Assembly (NCBI RefSeq): GCF_006345805.1
Contig: NC_042997.1
Location: forward strand, 91,078,001-91,142,000
Direction: 5' to 3'
Source: Octopus sinensis
Lineage: Eukaryota
DNA length: 64,000 nt
The translations under genes were made by a program, and so were the position numbers. Below, in pieces: positions 23,681-37,045 of the stretch. The notes beneath the pieces are model-generated. The model worked only from the letters and a program-made list of their open reading frames with translations. It did not search any database and was not told the origin of the DNA. Position 1 is the first letter of the stretch. The number at the start of each line of letters is the position of its first letter.

Positions 23681-26600
23681 TTTTTATTCTATCTGGGTTA
23701 GCAAGTGTTACCTTTCCACGGGGAATATTAAAGAAAAAAATAATAATGTGATTCTGTGATCTCCATTGACTCTTACACTTGCTCATGAAATGTCAATCTT
23801 CTCGCAAGACTAGTGCAAGTAGTATGAGCCCTCATGATAATTATTAAATACAGAACCCTTGATCTGTTACAGTTATTTTAATATCGGACAAATAATATAA
23901 AGAAAGGCATATAAAGGATACAAAATGGGTGTATTTTGTGTGGTGTGTGTGTATACTTAATATACAGAACGTGCTCTGAAATCGGTACTCGCTCCGTAGA
24001 CAGCATTAATTTTAGTTTATTCATTTTGGTATTGTTAATAAAGCTATGTGTTCACTCTTCCCATTGCGTATTACAAATAATCTTCGCGCGCGATTTTTTT
24101 TTTTTTATATAATTAAGAAAATTATTTAAATCCTTTGAGAGAAGATAAACAAGGTAGAGTTGTATATCTGATTAGTTCTTTGGAAGTGTCGTTCAATTCC
24201 ACGAATTATAATACTGTGCAGTTTATGATTTTCGAACTTCTCTCTCCCCTCTTATCACATTGTATTAGAGTAAGATTCAATGTACATGTCTGATGAGCTC
24301 TTCTCTCCGAAGCATTGATACTTTCTAAATTTTGAACCACTGTTGCTTTGTTTAATTTATCATCGATATTTTCCTGTTACTAATACACGTTGCATGTACT
24401 TTAAAAATTTTTAATATTTATTTTAGAAGTGGAAGCTTAATTTTCAATATAGGGAAATTTAGATACGATACTAGGAATTTTGAGGAATTTTCTGAGATTC
24501 TGCTCAGATTAAATTTTTTTAATCAAATCTCAAGGAAATACTTGAATTTTAAAAACTTTATTTCTTTTGTCTTGAGGGAGAGGAAGCTCTATATTTAAAG
24601 GGAAGTGAAATGAGAAATATTAATATAATGTTCATTTTTCACAGATGCCTCTGACGCTGGAGTTATATTGTAACGAGTATGATCCTTTGGATGTGTTAAT
24701 TTTTTAAACTCGCATGGAAGCACAAGATGAGACATAGGTTAATTTTTTTTTAACTAGCATGAAAGTACAAGATGAGACGGAGTGGTTGGCAATACAAGCA
24801 CCCAAGCGTATAGAAGCAACTGCACTGGTACGGACTTGTGATGCAAATTAACAATAAATTTTAAGTGAAAAAGTGCTCTGAGTTATTGATAGAGTACTTG
24901 TAGCAGAGACAGACATGGTACGAACTAATAATACCGGATCTTATGATGCTGAGCTTCACAGATGAAGCACTGGATTATCAAGATATTTTTACAATAAACT
25001 ATGGAGTAGATCACTCAGGCTATAACTAACACAGAAAAACGTTAAGTGAGCTAAATGAGAAAGCTTCTGTGTAGTCATTCATCCTGTTAAAAATAATAGC
25101 CAAATTTCCTTTAACGTATCCTGTTACCTTGTAAACAAACTCATTAGACAATATAACCGGGATACACAATATGTGGTGAATGACGGGATGGTCATTTTGG
25201 TCCTGAGTCTGCTCTACTCGATCGAGGCTGGCGATGCGTGTTAAAATGCTATTGCTCAAGAATCCTTGTTATAGGGTCAAGTCTTGGTTTTCACGGTTCT
25301 TTTATTCAATTTTGTTCTGTTAATAAATGCATTGGCTCCATGCATATACAAGCATATCTTTATAGCCTGCTGGTGCCATTGTGTATTCGAACACTATATA
25401 TAACTATACTCAATTCAGTTTTCCTTAACTAGTTACGATGTATTAACTTGATTAACTGTTCATGACCAAAAACTCAATTTTAAAGAAGGGATCAGAGACA
25501 TTAGAGTTAGCTCCCTTCGATTCTCTTTTCTTTGGCATTTAAGTTTCAAAATTCTATCTGTATTTAATACTTGTTACGTCACTCGGCGTACTCTAATCAC
25601 GCATACCGATTCTGTTGCTGTCAGAAAGGTAACAAGGTGAAAGTATGACTGTTGCTGTACGTCTCACGGTACATCCCATTACAGTATTTGAGACTATTGA
25701 TGTTGTGTTTGTTGAGAATAAGTAGTAAGAATTGTATTCTGAAGTGTTTTCAATGTGTCTAGTTATTTGAGTCTGACAATACATGCAGTGACATGGATTG
25801 CATAGCTTTCTGTAGCAAAAAAGTATTTTATGCTATGCATATCCAAATGATTTTTCATTTTGATTGCTTTTGTTTCGTTTGCTATACCTTTAGGTGTAGT
25901 CTGCAGTGATGCAAAATGTAATATTTTGTGTTATTTGCAAGTTGTGATTTGTTGCAGTGAGGTTAGTGCTCCAGTTGGTCTGGCAATATATATAAAGGGT
26001 CTAACAAATTTCTAACAGTTTTGCTGTTGTTTGTATATGTTGACAAAATGTGACACATGTGGATGCTCTTGATATTTGTAGTTGTTGCATGTTATCCCTT
26101 GCCTTTTTTGCCTTCAGTGTGGGTTTATACTCTTTTTTTTTAGCACCAGCAATGACCACCTTGTCATTTTTTTGTAGCACTATGTATTTAATACTGTTAT
26201 CTAATATAGCATTTTCAAAAAGATGTTAGGGTGTGATTTAAAGGAAATTTTGCCACTGTTTCCAACAGATCAAGCAACCATCTAAAGGGTTCTTTGTTGA
26301 GTATGAGAAATGGTTTTATTTAATGTTGTATTTTTGATGATTCTGAAGGTAATGATGGATTTGTTTTGTATTACTAGTAACCTATTTGTCTCATGCCATG
26401 CTTGTAGTTGGTTAATGTAGGGTTAGAATGTTTCTATAGCTATACCTAAGGTGTGGTGATATCATATGCATATAACACTGATTGTATGTTTTGTGAGGTT
26501 TGGTAAAATCGTCAATGTATAGGAAAAAAAGAATTGTTGAAAAGCTGCGTGGTATATACAATTTCAAGAAATACAGATTCCTGATTCATTGTTATGCTAT

Positions 26601-26825
26601 TCTACATTAGAATTGCAATATGAGGGGCAGTTCAGCATGTTTTTATGAAGATGTGTTTAGTATTTTATTAAAAAGTGAGTGTCGGGGAATGCAGTGAGAA
26701 GCTTTACTGATAGTAAAAATCCATTTAATAACTTAAAGTGCAGCAATTATCATTCCTTATACAAATTTCTGAGAGGAAAGTACAGTCAATTAACACCATA
26801 TCTGGTATCTTATTATTACTTAATG

Positions 26826-27145
26826 TTGCCGGTGGCTTGTGAAAAAAACATTCAAGCGAGGTCATTGCCAGTGCTGCTGGACTGGCTCCTGTGCAGGTGG
26901 CATGTAAAAAACACCATTTGAGCATGGCCGTTGCCAGTACCACCTGACTGGCCCTTGTGTCGGTGGCACATAAAAGCACCCACTACACTCTCGGAGTGGT
27001 TGGCATTAGGGAGGGCATCAAGCTGTAGAAACTCTGCCAGATCAGATTGGAGCCTGGTGCAGCCATCTGGTTCGCCAGTCCTCAGTCAAATCGTCCAACC
27101 CATGCTAGCATGGAAAGCCAACGTTAAACGATGATAATGATGATG
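26826..27145 (+). mobile_element. RTE 3' UTR/tail fragment ~100 bp upstream of the MNT zipper exon
   Basis: Shared ~60-bp units plus the tail ccatgctagcatggaaagccaacgttaaacgatgataatgatgat. Confidence 0.85.
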
Positions 27146-27246
27146 TTATTGCTTTAACAAGTGTAAGAACAATTGTGAGTGTTTCATTTATTCTTGTGAA
27201 TGGTTTTTGTTAGCTAGCATATAATTTTCATATTGTTTGTTTATAG

Positions 27247-27436
27247 CACCTGCATCGTAAAGAGAAAGAGCATGAAGTCAAAGTGCAAGAACTTGCACGA
27301 GACAAGATCTCGCTTCAAGAGACAGTACGCAAGTTAAAAATGGAATTGAGTCGTATGAATATAGAGTTCAACATTGACGACATTCCAACCAATGATGATG
27401 ATGATACTGATTCCAACTCTACATCCACAGCATCAG
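27247..27436 (+). CDS. MNT: MNT-like exon: leucine zipper and STSTAS motif (190 nt, phase 0 to 1)
   Basis: tttatag| acceptor and |GTAAGT donor. HLHRKEKEHEVKVQELARDKISLQETVRKLKMEL...DSNSTSTAS resembles MNT SLKRKEKEYEHEMERLAREKI...ASTSTASEG. Confidence 0.85.
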
Positions 27437-28577
27437 GTAAGTACACTGAAATAAGGCAATTTATCCATAAAGCAAATTCTACTGCATTGAGATATAATTT
27501 GGAGGTCAAGTATATCTCAGGTCTTATACATTGGTAGAGTCTTGCAACTGTTCAAGTGAAATGTTAATAGTCATTTCACCAGTCTCAGGGACATATTAAC
27601 TAAATCAGTAAAATATTACTCTTTTGGCAGAAGCACCAGTGTTTAATATCCTATCTTCAGTACCCTATTCATAATAGGTACCTGAGTATGGTACAATTCA
27701 CCATTATAAGCAAGATAGGCATTTTGTTACTCATGGTTTTGTTGTCAGCTTGCAATCCTAAGCTCAAATCCTTCCTTGTTTCTCAAGAAAGCAAAGGAAA
27801 ACCATTCCAATATAATTTCTCTTAAGCTTTTTGATACTAATTCACCTGAGATTATGCACCATTCTATGATACAAATTTCATGTTTAAAGTGACCTAAATT
27901 AAAACCTTCCATCAAAATTCCATGTTAATGTATGTTCTAAGCACCAATTTAATGGTGAAGTTATTTTCTTAAATTCTTCATTATTTTCAAAATTAACTGA
28001 AACAAAAGCAGTTTATTTTGACAGAAATAAGTTAACAAAAAGGTCGAGTCTTTACATAAAGACAAGCTCAGTAAATTAACAGAATACTTTTATTCTGGTT
28101 CATATCTATTAAGGGTTAATTTTTGTCTTTCATATCCTTCTTTGAATGACAGTTTAGTTCACATATAAATTGGCATGTAAATTTTTAGATTAACTGTTTC
28201 TACAAGTATCTACTCTTTTTAGAACAAAGCAGTTTATTATATCAGTAAAGGCTAAGTAATGAGTGACTACTATGATTTTCACTTATAGGAGTACTGTCGT
28301 TACTCAAGTTAAGTTTATATTATTGCTGTTGCCATATATTCCATGTCTATGGCAAATGCAAGCATGTTCTAACTGAAAATTATGTCCCAAGAACTTCCAA
28401 TGGCAATACATTTCTAATATTTTAAAATGTTTCATTGGTAGAGAATGAGTTTTCATTTTGTATCTTTCTTTTTCTTTGTTTCTTTATGTCATTTTGTCTT
28501 TCTTTTCTCGTTTTCTCTTTCATTTTTAATTGAAATTAATTTAATCTTAATTCCTTGTGTTTAATATTTGATTGCAG

Positions 28578-29117
28578 AGGGTAATGGTCCCATTTTAAGT
28601 GATGTGGAGGAAGAAAGCACTACACCTGTATCTCAACCTGTGAAAGCTGTTTCAGAAACTGTACCAGGTAAGAAGAGGCCACTGAGTTACCACATCGTGC
28701 CTTCTTCATTTATTTTGAATCAAGAATTTACTGCACCCAAGATAGCACCTTCCTTGCCAACTTCATCTGTCATGCCTTTGACAAGCACAGCACTCAGTGA
28801 TTACAAACCTCAGTCTCTTTCCAAAACCCCTAAAATAATAGAATTGGAAAAGACCCATCAATCTGATTCAGTGTCAAATACAACTGAAAGTAAATTGGAT
28901 TCAATAGTCTGTGACACAAACACTGCTTCCACAGGAGCCAAAAAAAAGGTTTGGGTAATTCCAAGAACTTTGGAAGTCAAAACACAGCAGATCTCATCAC
29001 CAGAGCTACAGAAAATACAGTGGAGTGGCAGCCCATTAATAAATAATAAACATGCAATGAAATCCAAAGAAGAACCAAGAATAATTACAAAAAAACAGGC
29101 TGCAATTCCAGTTTTAG
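28578..29117 (+). CDS. MNT: MNT-like internal exon (540 nt, phase 1-1), S/T/P/K-rich
   Basis: ttgcag| acceptor restores ...TAS-EG; open frame matches the ORF track 28568-29149; |GTAAGG donor. Confidence 0.85.
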
Positions 29118-29645
29118 GTAAGGAAATTTCTAAGTATTTTCTTTTTTGAGAAAACTGGTTTTTAAAAAATAATTGTTATAGTTCAACCATATATTCAGTT
29201 TTATTTAGAACAAAATGTGTGTTTGTTTTGTTTTTATAAATTAGATTTGATCCATAGAGAAGATATTTTTAATTAATGTTTCATATGCTAAACTCCTTTC
29301 ATAAACCAATCTATGTGAAAAAATTAAGCTTGTAAATATTATCAGATGTAGAACTCTGAACAAAGATGTGATTCTTAATTATGTTATTAATGATTTATTT
29401 ATTCTTATAACTATTGGGTTCCATGAAGGATAGCATCTAGTTGTAAAATATTTGCTCCAGTTGTGCATGCTGTGCCACACAAAATTATAGCACATATTCT
29501 GTATGCATGTATGTACATAGACATATGCACACGTGTACATGTGCGTGCACACACACACACAAAAGTTTTATAAACTTCAGGCTATTTTCAAATATGGGAT
29601 TCAAGACAAGGTTAGACACTGAAAAAATTTTATATATTACATTAA

Positions 29646-29861
29646 CCCTTTAGCATTCAAATTTCTGTGTCACATGTAGAGCTTATTTATTCACATTGTT
29701 TTGAATTAATCATTTATTATCTCATAGCTTCAAGATTTTGATGATATGAATGTTTATTTTTAGAACGACATTGTAGGGTAGGTGTGAGAGGCCAGATCTA
29801 GCCGTTTTGAAAACAAAACAGAGTATTTGGGCTGGATATGGCTGGTTTAAATGCTCAAAGG
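29646..29861. mobile_element. piggyBac-type MITE
   Basis: TTAA|CCCTTTAGCATT ... AATGCTCAAAGG|TTAA. Confidence 0.75.
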
Positions 29862-30543
29862 TTAAGTACAAATGGCTATATGTTTTACTCTAAGTAAGTT
29901 TTTCAGAATATATATATATATACATATACTGTAAAAATTCATGTAATTTGCACACCTGTGTAATTTACACAGGTGATTTTCAGGATAAAATGTGTTACAA
30001 ATAGCTCTTACTCATGTAAAATTTGCACCCAAAAGTTTTCAGAATTGCCAATATAGCGAGGGTGAAAAGGTTTTCAATTTAGTTGTATTTAGCATAATTT
30101 CACCTACTTATGATTAGATTTTCTTAAATTTTCACTAAATAAAAATGATTTCTGCTTCATAGGTATCACATTGAAAGCTATTAAATTACAAAGTGTTTGG
30201 GTTGTTTATAATAAACTTTATTTTACATTTCTTGTCCACAAGAGATTATATGTCTGATCTTTAGCATACTGATGTATGTCTTCTCAAATTACAATCACAG
30301 GAAAAGTTGTTGATAGGAATTACCAACAAAAAAAAAAACAAATACAAAGCTGATAAATATGCACAGGTGTTGCAAATTAAGTTTAATTACCAATAAACAT
30401 CAGCTTGGATGACACTTTACTCAACCAACAGTGGAAGATGACCAATCAAACTGATTATGTAAACAGAATTTTTTCCACCTGTTCTTGTCAAAACCTTTGA
30501 TACAGAGTATCAAAATTTTAATCCGTTCATGCTTATAAAATGT

Positions 30544-32286
30544 CATTATCATCATCATCATCATCATCATCGTTTAACATCCGTTTTCCATGCTAGCATG
30601 GGTTGGACAGTTCGACTGGGATCTGGGAACCCAGAAGGCTGCACAAGGCTCCAGTCTGATCTGGCAGTGTTTCTACAGCTGGATGCCCTTCCTAACGCCA
30701 ACCACTCCGTGAGTGTAGTGGGTGCTTTTTATGTGCCAGGCGAGGCTGGCAACGGCCACGATCGGATTGGTGCTTTTTACGTGCCACCGGCACAGAAGCC
30801 AGTCAAGGCAGCGCTGGCATCGGCCATGTTCGAATGGTGCTTTTTACGGGCCACCGGCACGGAAGCCAGTCGAGGTGGCGCTGGCATCGACCATGTTTCG
30901 ATGGTGCTTTTTACATGCCACCGGCACAGGGATCACAACTACAATTTCCATTGATTTTTGATGTTCATGTACTTGACTCAATAGGTCTCCTCAAGCACAG
31001 GGTCGAAACGGTGTTTCTTTACTTGCCAGATGTACGGGAGTCAGTCCAGTGCCACTGGCAACTGTCGGATGCCAGTCATAGGATTGGCTCAATTTTGATT
31101 CCAATTTCACTTGCCCCAACAGGTCTTCACAAGCAGAGTTTAGTGTCCAATGAAGGGAGGTTGGCATGGGTGCCAATCGTCAGATGAGGTTCGATTTCGA
31201 ATTCAATTTCGACTTCACTTGCCTCAACAGGTCTTTGCATGTCCAAGGAAGGAAAGGCATGCATAAGTGGGCTGGCTACATCCCTGACAAAGGACATGGG
31301 ATGGACTCACTTGTCCTGCCGGGTCTTCTCGTGCACAGCATATTTCCAAAGGTCTCGGTTACCAGTTATTGCCTCGGTGAGGCCTAATGTTCGAAGGTCG
31401 TGGTTCGCCACCTCGTCCCAGGTTTTCCTGTGTCTACCTCTTCCACGGGTTCCCTCAACCGCTAGGGATTGGCACTTTGTCACACACCTATCTTCATCCA
31501 TTCTCGCCACATGACCATACCAGCGCAATCGTCTCTCTTGCACACCACAGCTTATGCTTCTTAGATCCAACTTTTTCTCTCACGGTATTTACACTCTGTC
31601 GAGTATGTACACTGACATTACACATCCATCGGAGCATACTGGCTTCATTCCTCGTGAGCTTACGCATGTCCTCAGCAGTCACGGCCCATGTTTGACTGCC
31701 GTGTAGCATGGCTGTTCATACATATGTGTCGTACAGTCTGCCTTTTACTCTGAGCAAGAGGCCCTTTGTCACCAGCAGATGTAGGAGCTCTCTGAACTTT
31801 GCCCAGGCTATTCTTACTCTAGCAGTTACACTTTCAGCACACCCACCCCCGCTACTGACTTGGTCACCTAGGTAACGGAAGCTATCAACTACTTCTAGTT
31901 TTTTTCCCTGGAATGTGGTGGAAGTTGTTCTCTGCACATTTTCAGTGTTTATTGCTCCTGAGCATCTGCCACATACAAAAACTATCTTCCCAGTTAGCCT
32001 TCTTTGATATTGCTGCACCTCTTATCTTTCCATAGCTTACACTGGGTACATCTTATAGAGTTTCTATCTACGCCTTTTCTACAGATCGAGCAGGGCTATC
32101 TACCTGAAGGAATTTGTGGTTTGCCTGCCTTCTTACTTATTAGGACTTTTATTTTAGCTAGGTTGACTCTAAGGCTCTTCGACTCTAATCCTTGCTTCCA
32201 CACCAGAAACTTCTCCTCCAGTTCTGATAGGGACTCAGCAATTAGAGCAAGGTTGTCAGCATAGAGGAGCTCCCAGGGGCATCCAA
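30544..32286 (-). mobile_element. 5'-truncated RTE LINE (RT C-terminal half, PHD-type finger, 3' UTR, tail)
   Basis: ELLYADNLAL, FVCGRCSG, VDSFRYLG, MLHGSQTW, LRWYGHVARM; (CAT)n at 30544-30570. Confidence 0.9.
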
Positions 32287-33194
32287 ATGTTAATGAAGCC
32301 AATGTTTGAAACTGGTGTAAACAGTATGACAAACTTAAAACTGCGCATAGTAATAAACAGACAAAAATAAAAACATACAATCAAGGTTATCCATATCATT
32401 ACATTTTTTCAGTCAAGAATATCCATATCACTATGTATGTCAGTGGTGCTCCATTGCAATGGGTAGAAACTCCAAGCAGTGTAAAAATATGGCCAAGATC
32501 ATGTTTACCAGCATGAATGTCAAACTTCAAAAAGTAGTTAACCATATAATGGTTTTGGTAAATTTATATGGAGAAAGTAAGCATTATACTGTCCAGCATA
32601 AATAAAAGTCGACTTCATTATATTTAAGCCATTATTTTTTCTGTAAAAACCTATTCTGATATTAAATGAGTCAACTTCTGGTATGAATGTTTTTGTTTTG
32701 TATGTTTTCATTTTTCTTTAATGGGAGTAGCCATGTAGCTCCTCTACAGCAAAAAAAACAAAAACAAAAAAAAAAACCTTCTTTTGTTCTGACTCCTTCC
32801 TTCATACTTGAACATCTCATATTCAAGCATAAAAACTCCTTCATCTCCACTGTAGCCCCACAGAATTGAAGAGAATGGGTCAATCTGATTAGTGTTGATA
32901 CCCTGAAAAAAGCACTCCGTATACACTGTAAAGTGATTAGAATGAAGAATGGCATCCAACAGTAGAAACCATGCAAGAACAGACATTGGAACATTGTGAA
33001 GTTCTCAGATCTGCTACAGCCTGTTAAACCATTGAAACCATGTCAGCATGGAACCAGTCACTAAAAACGACAATGATGATGATATATGTATATGCTGTGT
33101 AAGGATAATATAAAATGAGGATGGAGAACAGCAGGCTTTAATAGTAGATCACATTTGTTTTTGCACGACATACCAGCTTAAAGTTGCTGATATA

Positions 33195-33223
<29 letters not shown>

Positions 33224-33227
<4 letters not shown>

Positions 33228-33630
33228 TAATAGTTATCGCCATACTAATATGGCAGTCTATAAATATAAGACTAAAGCTGTCGCTGATTAGCTCCAAGAG
33301 GCCATCGCTCTAGCTAGCTATATGACACACGAACCTGCGTCCATTACAACCTTCGAATAGGTAAATAAAATCTTCGAACAGACGGTCAGTAGCGACACCT
33401 GCTGGGTCTGACTATGCTGCATTGATAAAAGGCAACAACCCTGAAACATGTCTGCAGATGTCTGACTAGCAAGGTGAAGCGGCTGACCTTCCCTGTTCGA
33501 AGGTTGTAATGGACGCAGGTTCATGTGTCATATAGCTAGCTAGAGGCGATGGCCTCTTGGAGCTAATCAGCGACAGCTTTAGTCTTATATTTATAGACTG
33601 CCATATTAGTATGGCGATAACTATTAATAT
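33224..33630. mobile_element. Foldback element/MITE with ~135-bp near-perfect inverted arms
   Basis: 33224-~33360 is the reverse complement of ~33493-33630, with only about 3 differences by my reading. Confidence 0.9.
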
Positions 33631-33696
33631 CCAGTAATGCTCCCATAATCTCCTTTAGAGAGACTTAGTAATTTTAATATTTCTAATATATATATA

Positions 33697-34961
33697 CGAG
33701 GGGCGTTCAATAAGTAATGCCCCTGACCCACTTCCCATAGCAGTAGAACAACAACACTTGGCACAGTTATTAGTCTTTTCCTACATAGGAACTACCCAGA
33801 GTTATGCATTTCTCCCATCGTTTGATACAGCTCTGGAGACCGTTTTTGTAGAAGACCCCAGCTTGGTCCCCCAACCACGACGTGACTTCAGAAATCAAGG
33901 CTGCATCATCTGGGAAACGCTTTCCTTTCAAAATCAACTTCATGGCTGGGAAGAGGTGAAAATCAGAGGGTGCAAGGGGAGGAGTTCATAGCTGCACGCC
34001 TGTGCTTCTGATCTGGCGACACGCGAGTTGTGGACCGGAGCGTTGTCCTGCAGGAGGAGGATGCCTTTGCTGATCTTGCCCCACCTCTTGATTTTGATAG
34101 CTTCTCTTAATTTCCTCAAACGTGAAGCATAATAGGCTCCTGTAATTGTGGTACCCTTTGCCAGGAAATCTGTCATCACTACTCCGTCCTGGTCCCAGAA
34201 GACTGTGAGCATAACCTTGTCAGCGGAGGGCTGCACCCTTGCCTTCTTTGGAGGAGGTGAGTCACAGTGCTTTCACTGCATTGACTGGGCTTTGGTCTAT
34301 GGATCATAGTGATGGACCCAGGTTTTATCCTGTGTGATCAGTCTTTTGAAAAATTTTGACTCATCTTCTTGGCACATCTCCAAATTCATCCTCGAGCACT
34401 CAACGCGTTCTTGCTTCTGGAAAGGTGTGAGCAACCTGGAAATCCATCTGGCAGACACCTTTTGCATATGCAAATGGTCATGAATGATAGTTTCCACAAA
34501 CCCGGTACTAATCTTGACCTTATGGGCTATTTGGCGAATAGTTATGCGTTGACCTTCCAAAATGGCAGCCTCAACTTGACGGACAGACATCTCATCAACG
34601 GCAGAAGGGGGCGACCAGATCTGAGAGCTGTTTCCACAGAGTTCCGACTATGTTTGAATTCACAATGCCAGCGTTTTACAAGGTCATATGATGGGGCATC
34701 ATCACCATAAGTTACTTTCATTTCATCAAAAGTCTCCCGTGGTGTGCGTCCTTTCAAATACAAAAACCAGATCACTGCTCGACACTCAACAGGCTCCATT
34801 TCACACTTGACTCAGTTCAAACACCTGTAAATCAGAAACCACAATTAGTTCAGAGCTGTAATTCGCCACTTAATCTATAGAGGTATAAATAAGTGCACAT
34901 GCAAAATGTTGATCAAACAACTGCAAGTGGGTGAGGGGCATTACTTATTGAACGCCCCTCG
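33697..34961 (-). mobile_element. Full-length (1265 bp) defective mariner transposon
   Basis: TIR CGAGGGGCGTTCAATAAGTAATGCCCC at both ends with TA TSDs. Transposase from ATG 34799 (MEPVECRAVI...SARW...QDKTWVHHYDP...VFWD...LQDNAPVH) has frameshifts, a stop and loss of the YSPDLAP motif. Confidence 0.92.
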
Positions 34962-35181
34962 TATATATATATATATATATATATAGATATACACACACAT
35001 AATATTAATGGTATATGACTATATATGTTATCCTCCATCCCATGTTATATTATCCTTGTATTAATCTTATGCAAAGAGGAGTTCCTCATGTGTATCCAAC
35101 CCAGAAAATACCCTACTGTAGAATAGCATGTTAGCCAAATAATGACACAAGAGCTCTTAAATGTACATTGAGGTTTTACCC

Positions 35182-35193
35182 AATGCCTTTTGG

Positions 35194-35257
<64 letters not shown>

Positions 35258-35270
35258 ACGTGTGTGTGTG
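35182..35270. repeat. (GT)n microsatellite
   Basis: Direct inspection. Confidence 0.95.
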
Positions 35271-37045
35271 TATAATCTTTTTTATGTAACATACTTTGCA
35301 TGTGTTGTTGAAAATCCAGAGGCTGCAGTTTTTTGTCTGGGAAAAATCTCTTTAAAAAACACAATATACTTCAGAGCCAGGTGAAATGAAATCACCCAGG
35401 CAGCTACTGCGAGAGCAACAGATATGTATTTTGCTGTTGTTTTGGCTTGTCAGTGTCATGTGCTAGTGTCTCTTCCAAAACAAGACTGAATCAGCCAGAC
35501 TGAAATATGTAGTGATAGTGTATAAACTATCCACTAGTTTGTAATGGTGTCACATAAGCATAATAAAATTCAAATTATGCAATAGAAAGCACTCTAGAGT
35601 GAAATCTTAATGTATATTGTTTAAAAGCCAAGGGCTGCAGTTTTTCATTTGGGAAAATCCCTTTTTAGATGTACAGTGTTATAAAATACAATATACTTCA
35701 GAGCTAGGTGAAACGAAATTGCCCATTGCATAATTCAAATTTTATTCTGCTTATGTAGCACTATTACACACCAGTGTTCAGCTTCAAACTGGTTGATTTG
35801 ATCTCATTTTGGAAGTGACATGTATCAAAATATGTATCTGTCTCTCTCACAGTCACTGCTGGAGTGATTTCGTTTTGCCTCACACCTTCAACCAATTTGC
35901 CTTCCTAGGGCCTTGACCATCAGGAATGATATCACTGCCCACATTTTTCGCCACATAAATCAACTTCAATAAGTTCAAATTGAACATCAGCCCTATGAAT
36001 CTGTTTCAGTAGGTGAGTGGTTGGCAGAGGTTGCTGTTCCTTCCTCCTGACTACACCATTAAAAAAAAAAAGAGTAATGATAATGGTTAACTTAAAATTT
36101 TTCGCTCTTTGAATGCTGGTAAATATTGATATATTACATTGGTACAAAACTATGCTGGCGTGTATTTTATTTTATTGACCTTAAAATGATTGAAACCAGC
36201 TCTTGCATGTGTTGAACTAAGAAGGTGGAAACACCAGATTAAATACTGTCGAGTATTTAGTTTGGTATTTTAATAATTCTTTCATTTCAACCCCATTTTC
36301 ATGCTAAATATTAACTTAGTTCTTTCCGTGCTTTCATTTTTGTCTATTATTCATCAAAGGACATTAAATCTTGGTGTGATAAGTGTATATGTTAAAATGT
36401 TAAACCTGGGGTGTAGATTCAAGATATGTTGAGTGCATGGCTGACAGCGACAAGTTCATTTATTACAATAGATAATTTAGTAATTAAAAATAATGGTCAC
36501 TTGCAAGTAATTGTCATCATTTACAATTCATTATATGTTAACTTAGTGTTAACTAATGCTAACTTAAGTTCTTGTTTGCTAATATCTAAGGTCATTTTAG
36601 ATACTACTGCTTATTGTGGATTATAGAGTTAATGCAAGAGAGATATGATAAAGGTATACACAGGCATCTTTACAACTACTGCATAAAGTGATTAACAGCA
36701 ATATAAAACCTACCTAGAAATTGTTGCTTGGATTTTCTCTGTACTCCATTTCCTGTGAAAGTGTCTTCCACATTAAGTATATAAAATTACTATCTTCATT
36801 AATGTAGGTACAACTTTAACTCATTTTCCATTTGTTCTGACATTTTTGTTTTTATAAATAGTATGCTTGTCATTTCAATATATGAAATGTAAATGTTATA
36901 ACTATGTTTCCCTTATTTTAATGCTCAGTAACCTCTGTTTCAGCTGCCACACATTTAGCACTTCATTAACCTAGCTTTTTTTCTTTTTCTTTTTTCATAT
37001 TTGCATTAAATATATGAAATGTTATAATATCTTAATTTCTTGCAG

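Noticed and set aside
24645-24676. Acceptor followed by ATG (MPLTLELYCN) as an alternative MNT start
   Set aside because: Weak donor, and splicing to 27247 would be out of frame with an early stop.
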